Source: Polyangia bacterium (GTDB lineage Bacteria; Myxococcota_A; Polyangia; Palsa-1104; JAEUJZ01). Taken from it: a DNA stretch of 64,000 nt. The notes beneath the pieces are model-generated. The model saw only the letters and a list, made by a program, of their open reading frames with translations. It did not search any database and was not told where the DNA came from. Location of the stretch: contig JAXLYE010000004.1 of assembly GCA_046351595.1 (NCBI GenBank), positions 513,219-577,218 on the forward strand, read 5' to 3'. Shown here piece after piece: positions 39,390-49,498 of this stretch; the first letter of the stretch is position 1, and every line of letters starts with the position of its first letter. The position numbers were made by a program, and so were the translations under genes.

Positions 39390-40550
39390 TCAAGCGGCCG
39401 TATCCCCGATCGTCCGGAAGTGCTCGAGCACGTGCGCGAGCGCGTCGTCCGAGACGAAGTCGAGGCCCTGCACGGAGTCCGCGGCGGCGGCGGCGGCGCG
39501 CGTGAACATGCGCTCCTCGTAGCCGGCCACGGCCTCGTCCCAGTCCGCGTGCTCGGCGAGCCGCAGCGCCAGCTCCAGCGCGTCGAGCATCGCCATGTTC
39601 ACGCCCTCGCCCGCGAACGGCGGCATGACGTGCGCCGCATCGCCGAGCAGCGTCACGCCCGGCCGGTGCGTAAAGCGGTGCCCGACCGGCAGCGCGACGA
39701 TCGGGCGCACCTGGATCGTATCGCTGCAGGCGTCGATGAAGCGGAGCAGGGCAGGGGCCCAGCCCGGCAGCAGCGCCCGCAGCTCGGCGCGCGCCCGCGC
39801 CGGCGATGACAGATCCAAGAGGCCGCGGGCGAGCCGCTCCTCGGGGGTGCGGAACATGTAGTAGGCGCGCACGTGGCCGCTGCTGCTGCGCTGCGCGATC
39901 AGGGCCTGGCTGCGCCCGACCACCGAGACCTTGCCGCGCGGGACCAGCGCCGCGAGCTCGGGGTGCCGCGTGTCCACGTCGTCGAGCTGGAGCTCGATGA
40001 AGACCACGCCGGTGTACGCGGGCACCGCGGCGGACAGCAGCGGCCGCACCCGCGACCACGCCCCGTCCGCGCCGACCACGAGATCGAACGCCCCGAGCGC
40101 GCCCTGCTCGCCGAGGACGCGGCAGCGCCCGTCCGCGGTCGGCTCGGCGCCCGTGACCTTGCTGCCCCAGCGGATCACGCCCTGCGGCAGGCTGTCGAGC
40201 AGGAGCTGGCGCAGCTGCGTGCGGTCGATCTCGGGACGATCGCCGCTGGCGCCGCTGCCGTCGCTGGCGCCGCTGTGCTCGAAGTGGAGCACACCCTGCG
40301 GGTCGTAGATCGCATCGTACTGATCGTCGTAGCGCGCGAGGGCCTGGAACCCTGCCGCGAGCCCGGCCTCGCGCAGGGCGCGCTGGCCCGACTCGGCGTG
40401 CAGATCCAGCGAGCCGCCCTGCGGCCGCGCCAGCGCATGCTCGTCGAGCTCGAACACGGTGGTCGGGATGCCGCGGGTCACAAGCAGCCTCGCCAGCGTG
40501 AGCCCGCCCGGCCCCCCGCCGACGATGCCGACGCTTCTTTTTATTTGCAT
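39390..40550 (-). CDS. FAD-dependent monooxygenase (TetX/aromatic-ring hydroxylase-like).
   Basis: VGIVGGGPGGLTLARLL dinucleotide-binding motif. DLVVGADGAWSRVR and GDAAH motifs. Confidence 0.8.
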   Translation of the reverse strand: MQIKRSVGIVGGGPGGLTLARLLVTRGIPTTVFELDEHALARPQGGSLDLHAESGQRALREAGLAAGFQALARYDDQYDAIYDPQGVLHFEHSGASDGSGASGDRPEIDRTQLRQLLLDSLPQGVIRWGSKVTGAEPTADGRCRVLGEQGALGAFDLVVGADGAWSRVRPLLSAAVPAYTGVVFIELQLDDVDTRHPELAALVPRGKVSVVGRSQALIAQRSSSGHVRAYYMFRTPEERLARGLLDLSSPARARAELRALLPGWAPALLRFIDACSDTIQVRPIVALPVGHRFTHRPGVTLLGDAAHVMPPFAGEGVNMAMLDALELALRLAEHADWDEAVAGYEERMFTRAAAAAADSVQGLDFVSDDALAHVLEHFRTIGDTAA

Positions 40551-40580
40551 AGGAGACTATATAAAGTTACTTAGGTCCCT

Positions 40581-41066
40581 ATGCAAGATGAAAGCGGATC
40601 GGACGGTGGAGCGAGAGGCTGGGAGCCCAGGGCCACGGCCTCGTTCTGGATCAACCGGGCGTCGCGGACGCTGCTGAAGCTGCAGGACACGCGCCTGCGC
40701 CCGCTCGGCTTCGGCATGAGCCAGCTGCCGGTCCTGCAGGCGCTGGCCGGCGGCAAGGCGCTGTCGCAGACGGAGCTGGCGCGCGCGGCGTGCGTCGAGC
40801 AGCCGACGATGGCCGAGCTGCTCGCGCGCATGGAGCGCGACGGCGTGGTCGAGCGCCAGCCCGATCCCGAGGATCGCCGCGCGACCCTGACCTCGCTGAC
40901 GCGGCGCTCGCGCGTGCGGCTGCCCAAGGCGCAGGCCGCGCTGATGGCGCTGGAGGACGAGGTGACCGCGGGCCTCAGCGCCGCCGAGAAGGGGCTGCTT
41001 TTGGACCTGCTGCAGCGTGTGCTCGCGAACGTGGAGAGGTTGCCGGAGAAGCTGCCGGAGAAGTAG
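40581..41066 (+). CDS. MarR-family transcriptional regulator, divergent from the monooxygenase.
   Basis: Winged-HTH LSQTELARAACVEQPTMAELLARMERDGVVERQPDPEDRRATLTSLT. Confidence 0.8.
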   Translation: MQDESGSDGGARGWEPRATASFWINRASRTLLKLQDTRLRPLGFGMSQLPVLQALAGGKALSQTELARAACVEQPTMAELLARMERDGVVERQPDPEDRRATLTSLTRRSRVRLPKAQAALMALEDEVTAGLSAAEKGLLLDLLQRVLANVERLPEKLPEK

Positions 41067-41160
41067 CCAGAGAAATAGCCAGAGAAGTAGCCAGAGAAAT
41101 AGCCAGAGAAGTAGCCAGAGAAATAGCCAGAGAAACAACCAGATACGTAGGGAGACGAGC
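41017..41160 (+). repeat. Tandem 12/24-bp repeat (GCCAGAGAAGTAGCCAGAGAAATA, about 5 copies) spanning the marR stop codon and running into the intergenic region.
   Basis: Direct reading: gccggagaagctgccggagaagtagccagagaaatagccagagaagtag... Confidence 0.8.
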
Positions 41161-41239
41161 AGCCGCGGCGCTGCCGCTGTAACTATTCTGCAGACACCGC
41201 ATCCAAGCTGGAGCAGCCTGTGAACCCTAGGAGGCTCTG

Positions 41240-41617
41240 ATGTCCGTCCTGAATCACGCAGAGATTCCGTTCACCCACCTGCCGGGTCTTGCGCACCAGA
41301 CGCTGGCCGGCCCCGAGCACGGCCTGAAGACGCTGGAGGTGTGGATGCAGACGATCGCGCCGGGCAGCGGCACGCCGGTCCACCGCCACGCCTGTGAGGA
41401 GGTGATCGTCGTGCTGCGCGGAGCGGGCCGGCTCATCCTCGAAGGGGTGGAGCGCGACTTCGGTCCCCAGAGTACGCTGCACATCCCGCCGGATGCGGTG
41501 CACCAGATCGTCAATACGTCCGCCGAGGAGATGCACCTGGTCGCGGCGCTCGGCCAGGCGCCGGTCCGCGTCATGACGCCCGAGGGCGAGCGCATCCCGC
41601 TCCCCTGGCAGGGGTGA
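41240..41617 (+). CDS. Cupin-domain protein.
   Basis: GTPVHRHACEEVIVVLRGAG, a conserved-barrel cupin motif. Confidence 0.6.
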   Translation: MSVLNHAEIPFTHLPGLAHQTLAGPEHGLKTLEVWMQTIAPGSGTPVHRHACEEVIVVLRGAGRLILEGVERDFGPQSTLHIPPDAVHQIVNTSAEEMHLVAALGQAPVRVMTPEGERIPLPWQG

Positions 41618-41932
41618 GCCCCGCGGCCTGAGCTCCGCGGTCGTGTGACGTCCGCACACCGGCAGGGGCGCCTTCTCCGATCGGAGATGCGCGCCTGAGA
41701 AGGAGGCCAAGGGGCGCGCGCCAGACCCGCGAGATCGCAGGAGAGCGGGCGCGGTCGCTGCTGTCTGGGGCTGGCCTCCGTGTTGCAAAGGAGGGCCGCG
41801 GGGGGACACCGCACAGGCAGACTTGCGCTCCTGTGGCGGACCGCGCGGTCATGAGAATCGTGCGGGCTTTGTGCTGTCTGCACGGCCCGGGCTCCCTCGC
41901 CACGTACTACGTACACACGGGGGAGTCGCAGA

Positions 41933-43171
41933 ATGGATGAGGCCAAGAAGGTCCGCGCCCAGATCGCCGCCGGGTTCACGCTGCCGGCGGTGATCATGGT
42001 CCTGTTCGGCGTCCTGTCGTACCGGGCCATCCACCGCTTCACCGCGGCCCGCACCTGGGCCAGCCACACCGCCGAGGTGCGCGTCGAGATCGGCGAGCTC
42101 TTGGACACCCTGGTGGGCGCGGAGAGCGGGCAGCGCGGCTTCGCCCTGACCGGGGACGAGGGCTTCCTGCAGCCGTACCGCCTGGCGATGACGCTCATCA
42201 ACAAGCGCTACGAGCGGCTGCGCACGATCACCGCGGACAACCCGCAGCAGCAGCAGCGGCTGCAGGCGCTGCGCCCGCTGCTCGACACCAAGCTCGCGTA
42301 CATGCAGCGCGCGGTCGATGTGCGGCGCCAGAAAACGACCACGCCTTCGGTGCCGGCGCCAGCGCCGACGACGATTTTCGATGACAGCGGGCGCCTGATG
42401 ATGAGCGACCTGCACGACGCGCTCACCGAGATGGACGCCTCCGAGCAGGCGCTGCTCCGCGCGCGCGAGCAGAACATGACGGAGGCGTCGCTCGCGCTGG
42501 TGAACACGCTGCTGCTCGGGATGGTGTGCTCGGTCTTGACCTCGTTCTTGATCGGCCTGTGCCTGGTCCGCCGCATAGCGCAGCTGACCCGGATCTTCGT
42601 GCTGAAGGTCGAGCAGCTCTACACGGAGCTTGGGAGCAGCGCGGCGCAGCAGCTCGAGCTGGCGGAGCAGGCCGAGGCCAAGCGCGACGCCGCAGCGCAC
42701 GAGACGGCGCGCATCCTGGCGACGGCCGAGCACCTGTCGCAGCAGGCCAGCGAGGTCCTCGCGCGCGTCCGCGAGATCAGCACCGCGATCGAGAGCCTGC
42801 GCCCGTCGAGCGGCGGCGCGGAGGAGCTGGCCGCGGCCGCGCAGCACGCCGAGCGCGGCGCGCTGTCGCTCGATCTGGGGGCCGTGGACCTGCGCCGCCT
42901 GCTCGGGCGCATCCACGAGCTGGACAGCGAGCTGGCGGAGCTCTTGCGCGAGTCCGTCTCGGTGCAGGTGGCCGCGGATCGACCGCGCATGGCGCTGGCG
43001 TCGCTCTTGTTCCAGCTCGGCTCCGAGCCGCGTGCGCACGCCGGGGCCCGCGCCAGCGCCATCCGCAGCAGCGTCCGCGCGAGCCGCGTCCGGAGCGGCG
43101 GCGTTCGCCCCGTGCGCCCGAGCTCGCGGCCCGAAGTGAACGCGCCCGGGCACCAAGGAGCCGGACCGTGA
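41933..43171 (+). CDS. CHASE3 sensor-domain membrane protein with coiled-coil cytoplasmic region.
   Basis: TM helix then SHTAEV...RGFALTGDEGFLQPY (CHASE3 signature), a second TM, coiled coils. 4-bp overlap with the downstream kinase start. Confidence 0.7.
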   Translation: MDEAKKVRAQIAAGFTLPAVIMVLFGVLSYRAIHRFTAARTWASHTAEVRVEIGELLDTLVGAESGQRGFALTGDEGFLQPYRLAMTLINKRYERLRTITADNPQQQQRLQALRPLLDTKLAYMQRAVDVRRQKTTTPSVPAPAPTTIFDDSGRLMMSDLHDALTEMDASEQALLRAREQNMTEASLALVNTLLLGMVCSVLTSFLIGLCLVRRIAQLTRIFVLKVEQLYTELGSSAAQQLELAEQAEAKRDAAAHETARILATAEHLSQQASEVLARVREISTAIESLRPSSGGAEELAAAAQHAERGALSLDLGAVDLRRLLGRIHELDSELAELLRESVSVQVAADRPRMALASLLFQLGSEPRAHAGARASAIRSSVRASRVRSGGVRPVRPSSRPEVNAPGHQGAGP

Positions 43172-45513
43172 GCAGCCAGGAGAGCACCGTGCAGAACCCC
43201 GTCCCGGAGCGAGCTCCGAAGCCGCTGCCCGCTCTGGAGGAGCAGCTGATCGGCAAGTCGATCGGCCGCTACCGGATCCTGATGCGCCTCGGCCGCGGCG
43301 GCATGGGCCTCGTCTATGAAGCGGAGGACGCGCTGCTCAACCGCCGCGTCGCGGTGAAGTTCTTGCCGCCGAACATGCAGGGCGACGTCCGGCTGCGCGA
43401 GCGCTTCTTCCGCGAGGCGCAGGTCACGGCCCGCCTGAGCCACCCCAACATCATCGCCATCCACGACATCGGCGAGGTGCAGGGCCGCATCTTCGTGGTG
43501 ATGGAGCTGCTCAGCCCGCGCAGCCTCGGGAGCCACATCCGCGAGGGCGGCGCGCTGCACTTCAGCGAGGCGACGCGCATCATCGCCGACTGCTGCTCGG
43601 CGCTGGCGGTCGCGCACGCGGCGGGCCTGGTGCACCGCGACGTGAAGCCGGACAACATCCTGTGCTCGCTGGCGGGTGTCGCCAAGGTGACGGACTTCGG
43701 CCTGGTCAAGGTGCTGACGCAGAGCAGCTCCGAGGGCGGCCTGACGATGGAGAACGCGATCGTCGGCAGCCCCTCGTACATGAGCCCCGAGCAGATCAAG
43801 GCCGAGACGGTCGACGCGCGCAGCGACATCTACTCGCTGGGCATGACCTACTACGCGGCGCTGGCCGGGCGGCCGCCGTTCTCGGGCGCGACCCCGCTCG
43901 TGCTGTTTGCCGACCACTGCGGGACCCCGACCCCGGATCCGCGCGAGGTGCGCCCCGACATCCCGGCGGCGTGCGTCAAGGTGCTGCTGCGCGCGACCGC
44001 CAAGTCGAAGCAGGATCGCTACCAGAGCGCCGCCGAGATGAAGAAGGCGCTGGAGGACGCGCTGGCCCAGGCCGAGGCGCCGCCGCCGTATGCGTTCCTG
44101 ATCCCTTCGGAGCAGCCGTGGCACACGCCGGAGCCGCAAGCCCCTGAGGCCGCGGGCGGCGAGCCCGAGCCGCCGACGCAGACCTGGCCATCGGACACGC
44201 CGGCGGGTGACATGACCGGCGCGCTGGAGTCGCCGCGCGGGCGCGCGCGGTCGCTGTTGGTGCTGCTCGCGACGATGGTGATCTGCGGTGCGATCCTGTT
44301 CGTCGCCAACCGCTCGCTCCTGCAGAGCAGCCAGAGCGCGCCGATGCCGGCCGCCGAGATCAAGCCGCCGATCAAGGTCGGCGTCCTGCACTCGATGAGC
44401 GGACCGATGTCGATCACCGCGCGCCCGATCACCGACGCGACGCTGCTGGCGATCGACGAGATCAACGAGCGCGGCGGCCTGCTCGGTCGCCCGATCGAGC
44501 CGGTGGTCCTCGACGGCAAGACGGACGCGGACAGCTTCGCGCAGGCGGCGGAGCGGCTGATCGTGCACGACAAGGTCGCGGTGGTCTTCGGCGGCTGGCA
44601 CTCCTCGGCGCGCCGCGGCATCAAGCGGGTCGTCGAGCAGAACAACCACCTGCTGATCTACCCCGGCAGCGATGAGGGGCTCGAGGACTCGGCGCAGATC
44701 CTGTACCTCGGCTCCGTGCCCTCGCAGCAGGTGCTGCCGGCGCTGCGCTACTTCTCGCAGACGCTCGGCAAGCAGCGCGTGTTCGTCATCGGCAACGAGC
44801 CGAGCTTCGCGCGCCCGCTCGGCGCCATCATCGCCGACGCGGGTCAGGAGCTCGGCATGCGCCTGGTCGGCGAGCGCATCGTCCGCGAGGGCGCGACCGA
44901 GTTCGAGCGCGTGGTGCGCAAGATCGCGCACACCGGACCGGATCTCATCGTCAACGCGCTGCGCGGCGACGCCAACATCTCGTTCTTCCGCGCCCTGATG
45001 ACCGAGCTGCCGGCGAACAAGCGCCCGGTCACGCTGTCGCTCGCGCTCGACGCGAACGTGATGGAGGGCCTGGCCAGCCTGGACCTGCGCGGCAGCTTCG
45101 TGGCCGCGAGCTACTTCGAGACCGTCGAGCGCCCGCAGAACCGCGAGTTCCTGTCGCGCCTGACCGCGCGCTTCGGCGGCCACCGGGTCGCCAGCGATGC
45201 GATGGCCGCGGCCTACGAGGGCGTGCACCTGTGGGCGCAGGGCGTGCGCGCGACCGGCTCGTTCAGCCCGATCCGGCTGCGGCAGGCGCTGAAAGACCAG
45301 ACGCTGGAGGGCCCCGCCGGCGTGCTGCGCCTTGATCCCAGCAACGGCCACGCCTGGCGCCCCTATCGGCTGGGCCGCGTGAGCCACACCAACCGCATCG
45401 AGATCGTCGAATCCTCGCCGCAGCCGCTGCAGCCGATCCTCTTTCCGCGCACGCGGACGCGCACGCAGTGGGAGGCGCTGCTCACCCGCACCGACTCCGC
45501 GGCCGAGCCCTAG
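43168..45513 (+). CDS. Ser/Thr protein kinase fused via a TM segment to a periplasmic Leu/Ile/Val- or amide/urea-type solute-binding domain.
   Basis: Kinase motifs GRGGMGLVYEA, VAVKFL, HRDVKPDNIL, DFGLVK, SPEQ. TM segment LLVLLATMVICGAILFV. PBP type-I domain IKVGVLHSMSGPMSITARP...VVFGGWHSSARR. GTG start at 43168. Confidence 0.85.
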   Translation: MSSQESTVQNPVPERAPKPLPALEEQLIGKSIGRYRILMRLGRGGMGLVYEAEDALLNRRVAVKFLPPNMQGDVRLRERFFREAQVTARLSHPNIIAIHDIGEVQGRIFVVMELLSPRSLGSHIREGGALHFSEATRIIADCCSALAVAHAAGLVHRDVKPDNILCSLAGVAKVTDFGLVKVLTQSSSEGGLTMENAIVGSPSYMSPEQIKAETVDARSDIYSLGMTYYAALAGRPPFSGATPLVLFADHCGTPTPDPREVRPDIPAACVKVLLRATAKSKQDRYQSAAEMKKALEDALAQAEAPPPYAFLIPSEQPWHTPEPQAPEAAGGEPEPPTQTWPSDTPAGDMTGALESPRGRARSLLVLLATMVICGAILFVANRSLLQSSQSAPMPAAEIKPPIKVGVLHSMSGPMSITARPITDATLLAIDEINERGGLLGRPIEPVVLDGKTDADSFAQAAERLIVHDKVAVVFGGWHSSARRGIKRVVEQNNHLLIYPGSDEGLEDSAQILYLGSVPSQQVLPALRYFSQTLGKQRVFVIGNEPSFARPLGAIIADAGQELGMRLVGERIVREGATEFERVVRKIAHTGPDLIVNALRGDANISFFRALMTELPANKRPVTLSLALDANVMEGLASLDLRGSFVAASYFETVERPQNREFLSRLTARFGGHRVASDAMAAAYEGVHLWAQGVRATGSFSPIRLRQALKDQTLEGPAGVLRLDPSNGHAWRPYRLGRVSHTNRIEIVESSPQPLQPILFPRTRTRTQWEALLTRTDSAAEP

Positions 45514-45529
45514 CTGCGCGCGGCGCCGC

Positions 45530-46927
45530 TCAGTGCTCGCACAGGCTCACGGTGCGGACGTTGAGCGACTGCTTGTGGCGCTTGCGCTCCTCCATGAGCG
45601 CGAGGCGCACGGCCAGCGCCTCCTCGCGCGGGATGAGCCCCTGCTGCGGCGGCACCTCGCGCGTCGACGGGATGGTGACGCTCGGGTCGACGAGCCAGAA
45701 CACGATGACGCGCCGCCGCGCCTCGGTCGCGCCCGCGGCGACTGAGAGCGCGCTGAGCTTGTGGATGTGCGAGTTCGGGAAGACCAGCAGCCGGCCCGCC
45801 GGCGTCGCCACGCTGCCCAGCGGGATCGTGCCCTCGCCGACGAGCCGCTCGACCGGCGCCGGCCGGCACTGGTCGATGTTCCAGAACAGGCGCCCGGCCT
45901 CCTCGACGGTGTAGGCGCGCTTGAAGCGCAGCTCGCCGCCTTCGAGCGCCTCGTCGCGATCGAGCACGTAGACGCAGGTCGCGATGATGTGCTCGTGGCT
46001 CATGCCCTCGACGTGCCAGACGCCCTCGTGCGTCTCGCCCGCGCCCAGGCGGTACTCGACGATCTTGGGGATGACCAAGAGCTCGCGGCCGCGCAGCGAC
46101 GCGGGCGGGGCCGGCCGCGACTTCGCATCCTTCTTGCCCTCGGGCAGCTCGCCCTCGTGCTCGATGTCCTCGATGTCCTCGACCCAGAAGCGGGTGCTCT
46201 CGACGTAGCCGACCGTGCTCTCGATCAGCGGTAGCGCCGTCGAGAACAGCGCCGCCAGGTCGTCGTAGGTGGCGGCGTGCCGCGCGCGATCGAGGTTGTT
46301 GATGTAGGACTCGATGGTCACGCTGCCGTCCTCGGCGACCCGGAAGGGCGTCGGCAGCCACTGGTAGCGCGAGCTCTCGAAGGGCCGGCCGAAGCGGTCA
46401 CGCCCGGGGCTCGGCCCCTTCTTGCGCGGCACCGCCTTCTGCAGCACCGAGCGCCCCTCGATGTACGGGTAGAGCGACGGGTGCACGAGGTCGCACACGC
46501 GCGTCCCGGAGCCCGGGTGGTAGTCGGCGGGCTCCAGGTCGATCAGCCGCTGCACGTCGGCGCGCAGGCGGTCGATCAGCGCGCTGTCGACCAGCCCGTC
46601 CGCGAACGCCACGCCGTCCGGGTCCTTGCGCCGCAGGTGCGACTCCCAGATGCCGCTGATCTCGGGCGACTCCCGCACCGTGAACCAGCCGTCGCTCTCG
46701 ACCTCGATGTCCTGCCCCGTCTCCTCGTCCCGCAGGGTCAGGGTGTCCTCGCCGCGCGCGATCACGGTGGCGGAGTCGCCGGGGAAGGGCTCGCCGCTCG
46801 TCGTCTTCACGTCTTCGGGCCGGACTTCGAGGGTGTCGCCCGGCTGCGGGGCGTAGCCCTCGCCGTAGCTCAAGAGCTCATCGATGAAGGCGTAGTCCGT
46901 GGTCTGGGCGAAGTGGATCGATGACAT
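45530..46927 (-). CDS. DUF4246-like hypothetical protein.
   Basis: 465-aa ORF. Family recalled from WLPTPFRV and HPSLYPYIEG-type motifs only. Confidence 0.4.
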   Translation of the reverse strand: MSSIHFAQTTDYAFIDELLSYGEGYAPQPGDTLEVRPEDVKTTSGEPFPGDSATVIARGEDTLTLRDEETGQDIEVESDGWFTVRESPEISGIWESHLRRKDPDGVAFADGLVDSALIDRLRADVQRLIDLEPADYHPGSGTRVCDLVHPSLYPYIEGRSVLQKAVPRKKGPSPGRDRFGRPFESSRYQWLPTPFRVAEDGSVTIESYINNLDRARHAATYDDLAALFSTALPLIESTVGYVESTRFWVEDIEDIEHEGELPEGKKDAKSRPAPPASLRGRELLVIPKIVEYRLGAGETHEGVWHVEGMSHEHIIATCVYVLDRDEALEGGELRFKRAYTVEEAGRLFWNIDQCRPAPVERLVGEGTIPLGSVATPAGRLLVFPNSHIHKLSALSVAAGATEARRRVIVFWLVDPSVTIPSTREVPPQQGLIPREEALAVRLALMEERKRHKQSLNVRTVSLCEH

Positions 46928-47131
46928 TCGGGCTCCAGCGGGTGCGGGTTTTCGAGCGCGAGATCAGTCCGGAAGGCGGCAGGTCTCCGAGAGAGACTCC
47001 GCGGGATCCGCGAGGAAGAAGGTAGCCAAGCGGGCAGGTGATTGAAAGGAGGAAGTAGGCGGAGCGCCCGGAGCCCGCGCCGCTGTTCGGGCGTGACAAG
47101 CATACGCTCCATGATGTAAAGCCTGCGCTAC

Positions 47132-48238
47132 ATGGGTCAGACAGGGTCGAACCAGGTCCGGGCGCTGCGCGAGGAGCGCGGGCTCTCGCAGGGGGCGCTC
47201 GCCGGCGCCGCCAGCCTGTCCCGGCAGAGCGTGAGCGCGATCGAGGCGGGGCGCGCGGTGCCGGCGGTGGACGTGGCGCTGCGCCTCGCCCGCGCGCTCG
47301 ACTGCAGCGTCGAGGAGCTGTTCGGGTACGGCGAAGCCGCGGGCTCGCTCACGGCCGAGCCGGCGAGCCCCGCGGTGAGCGGCCGGGTCGCGCTCGCGCA
47401 CGTGGCCGGGCGCTGGGTCGCGCACCCGCTCGACGGGCTGAGCGCGGGCCGGGCCGCCGACGCTGTGGTCGTGCGTGCCGGGGCGCGGCGGGTCGAGGTC
47501 GAGCTTTTGCGCACGCCCGCGGACGCCGCCGAGAGCATCGTGCTCATGGGCTGCGCGCCGGCGCTCGGGCTGCTGGCGGATCGGCTCAACGGGCGCCGCG
47601 GCCCGGGGCGGTTCTTGTGGCTGCCGCGCTCGAGCACGCAGGCGCTGCAGGCGCTGGCGCACCACCAGGCGCACGTCGCCGGTGTGCACCTGGTCGATGA
47701 GGACACCGGCGAGGCCAACGTCCCGGACGTGCGCCGGCACGCGCGCCGCGGCGCCCTGGTGGTGATCACGCTAGCGCGCTGGGAAGCCGGGCTCTTGACC
47801 GCGCCGCACAACCCCAAGCGCATCCGCGCGGCCGCGCAGCTCGGTCGCAAGGGGCTGCGCCTGGTGTCGCGCGAGCCGGGCTCCGGGGCGCGCCGCCTGC
47901 TCGAGCGCGAGCTGCGGCGTGCCGGGCTGCCGCTGCGGCTCCTTGCGCAGGCGCCGGTCCAGGCGACCGGGCACCTGGAGGTCGCGCAGGCGGTCGCGCA
48001 CGGCTCCTGCGACGTCGGGGTGGCGACGCGCGACGCGGCGCTGGCGTTCGGCCTCGAGTTCATCCCGCTCGCCGAGGAGCGCTACGACCTGGCGCTGTCG
48101 GCCGACCAGCTCGCGGATCCGCGGCTGGTGCGCCTGCTGGACATGCTGAGCACCGCGGCGTTCCGCCGGGACCTGTCCTCGCTGGGCTACGACCCGCAGG
48201 CGTGCGGCCAGCGCGTGGCCGAGCTGCGCGTCGCCTGA
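47132..48238 (+). CDS. XRE-family HTH regulator fused to a periplasmic-binding-protein-like substrate-binding domain.
   Basis: N-terminal LREERGLSQGALAGAASLSRQSVSAIEAGRAVPAVDVALRLARALDCSVEELF. C-terminal PBP-like fold. Confidence 0.7.
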   Translation: MGQTGSNQVRALREERGLSQGALAGAASLSRQSVSAIEAGRAVPAVDVALRLARALDCSVEELFGYGEAAGSLTAEPASPAVSGRVALAHVAGRWVAHPLDGLSAGRAADAVVVRAGARRVEVELLRTPADAAESIVLMGCAPALGLLADRLNGRRGPGRFLWLPRSSTQALQALAHHQAHVAGVHLVDEDTGEANVPDVRRHARRGALVVITLARWEAGLLTAPHNPKRIRAAAQLGRKGLRLVSREPGSGARRLLERELRRAGLPLRLLAQAPVQATGHLEVAQAVAHGSCDVGVATRDAALAFGLEFIPLAEERYDLALSADQLADPRLVRLLDMLSTAAFRRDLSSLGYDPQACGQRVAELRVA

Positions 48239-48260
48239 AGGCCGCCGCAAAGGAGACCCC

Positions 48261-49496
48261 GTGACCTGCCTTCGATCCAGAGCCTGCTCCCGGCGATCGC
48301 CGCGCCGCGCGATCCCGCGCTGGCCGTCGCTCGCGCTGCTCGTGCTCGTGACCTTGGGGACAGGCGCCCGCGGGCTCGCGCAGCCGGCCTGCGACGATCC
48401 GGTGAACCTGCCCAACCCAATATTTCTTACGGTCGGGGACACGCAGATCAACCTGATGCGCGAGCTCGGCGCGCGGCTGCGCGACAGCGAGCAGATCACC
48501 CTGATCTGGCGCGCGACGGGCTCGTGCACCAACCTCGACACGCTCTACGGCGACGTGCGGATGAGCGGCAACTTCTCGTACATCCCCGCCGGCTACGATC
48601 CGAAGGTCACGCCGACGCCGCCTTTGTGCACCGTGCCCGCGCCCGGGGTGCTCGCGGACCTCGCCAACTCGATCGTCTTCCCCGAGATCTGCCCGAGCCC
48701 GCGGCCCGCCGACGTGCTGGACACGCCGGGCCCGGTGCAGTCCTTCGTGTTCGTGGTCCCTTCCGCCAGCGCGCAGACCGCGATCACCGCGGAGGAGGCG
48801 TACTTCGCCTTCGGCTTCGGCCGCGACGGACAGGTCGCGCCGTGGCTGGACAACAGTCTGCTGTTCACGCGCCCGGTCACCAAGGGGACGATCCTCAGCA
48901 TGGGCGCCTCGATCGGCGTGCCCGCGGGTAAGTGGCAGGGCGTGCGCGTCGAGCTGTCGCAGGATCTCGCGAGCCGACTCGGCGCGGCGCCTATGCCCGA
49001 GCGCGCGCTCGGGATCCTCGGCTCCGAGGTCTACGACGGCTACCGCACGACGCTGCGCGCGCTGGCGTTCCGCGCCTACAAGCAGACGCGCGCCTTCTGG
49101 CCGGACTCGACGCCGAGCGCCTTCGACAAGCAGAACGTGCGCGATGGGCACTACCACCTGTGGTCGTATACGCACTGGCTGCAGCGCACGGACGCGCAGG
49201 GCCGGCCGCGCAAGGCGCTGGCGCAGCGGGTCGTCGATCTGCTCGTCGGCCGCGCCGTGCCGCCGCCGCGCTTCGAGCCGCTGGAGGCGACGGTGAAGGT
49301 CGGCCTGGTCCCGCGCTGCGCCATGCGCGTCGAGCGCAGCCGCGAAGGCGGCGACTTCTCGCTCTACCAAGACCAGGAGCCGTGCGGCTGCTACTTCGAG
49401 TCACGCGCCACCGGCAGCACGCGCTGCAAGCCGTGCGCGGACAGCGCGGCCTGCCGCGGCGGCACCTGCCGACACGGCTTCTGCGAGGAGCGCTGA
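48261..49496 (+). CDS. Secreted hypothetical protein with a Cys-rich C-terminus.
   Basis: Signal peptide. No confident family. Confidence 0.45.
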   Translation: MTCLRSRACSRRSPRRAIPRWPSLALLVLVTLGTGARGLAQPACDDPVNLPNPIFLTVGDTQINLMRELGARLRDSEQITLIWRATGSCTNLDTLYGDVRMSGNFSYIPAGYDPKVTPTPPLCTVPAPGVLADLANSIVFPEICPSPRPADVLDTPGPVQSFVFVVPSASAQTAITAEEAYFAFGFGRDGQVAPWLDNSLLFTRPVTKGTILSMGASIGVPAGKWQGVRVELSQDLASRLGAAPMPERALGILGSEVYDGYRTTLRALAFRAYKQTRAFWPDSTPSAFDKQNVRDGHYHLWSYTHWLQRTDAQGRPRKALAQRVVDLLVGRAVPPPRFEPLEATVKVGLVPRCAMRVERSREGGDFSLYQDQEPCGCYFESRATGSTRCKPCADSAACRGGTCRHGFCEER

Positions 49497-49498
49497 GC

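Noticed and set aside
42619-45387. 922-aa minus-strand ORF and the 995-aa ORF starting at 42526.
   Set aside because: Antisense or out-of-frame to the Ser/Thr kinase. The 42526 frame only becomes kinase-like after the GTG at 43168.
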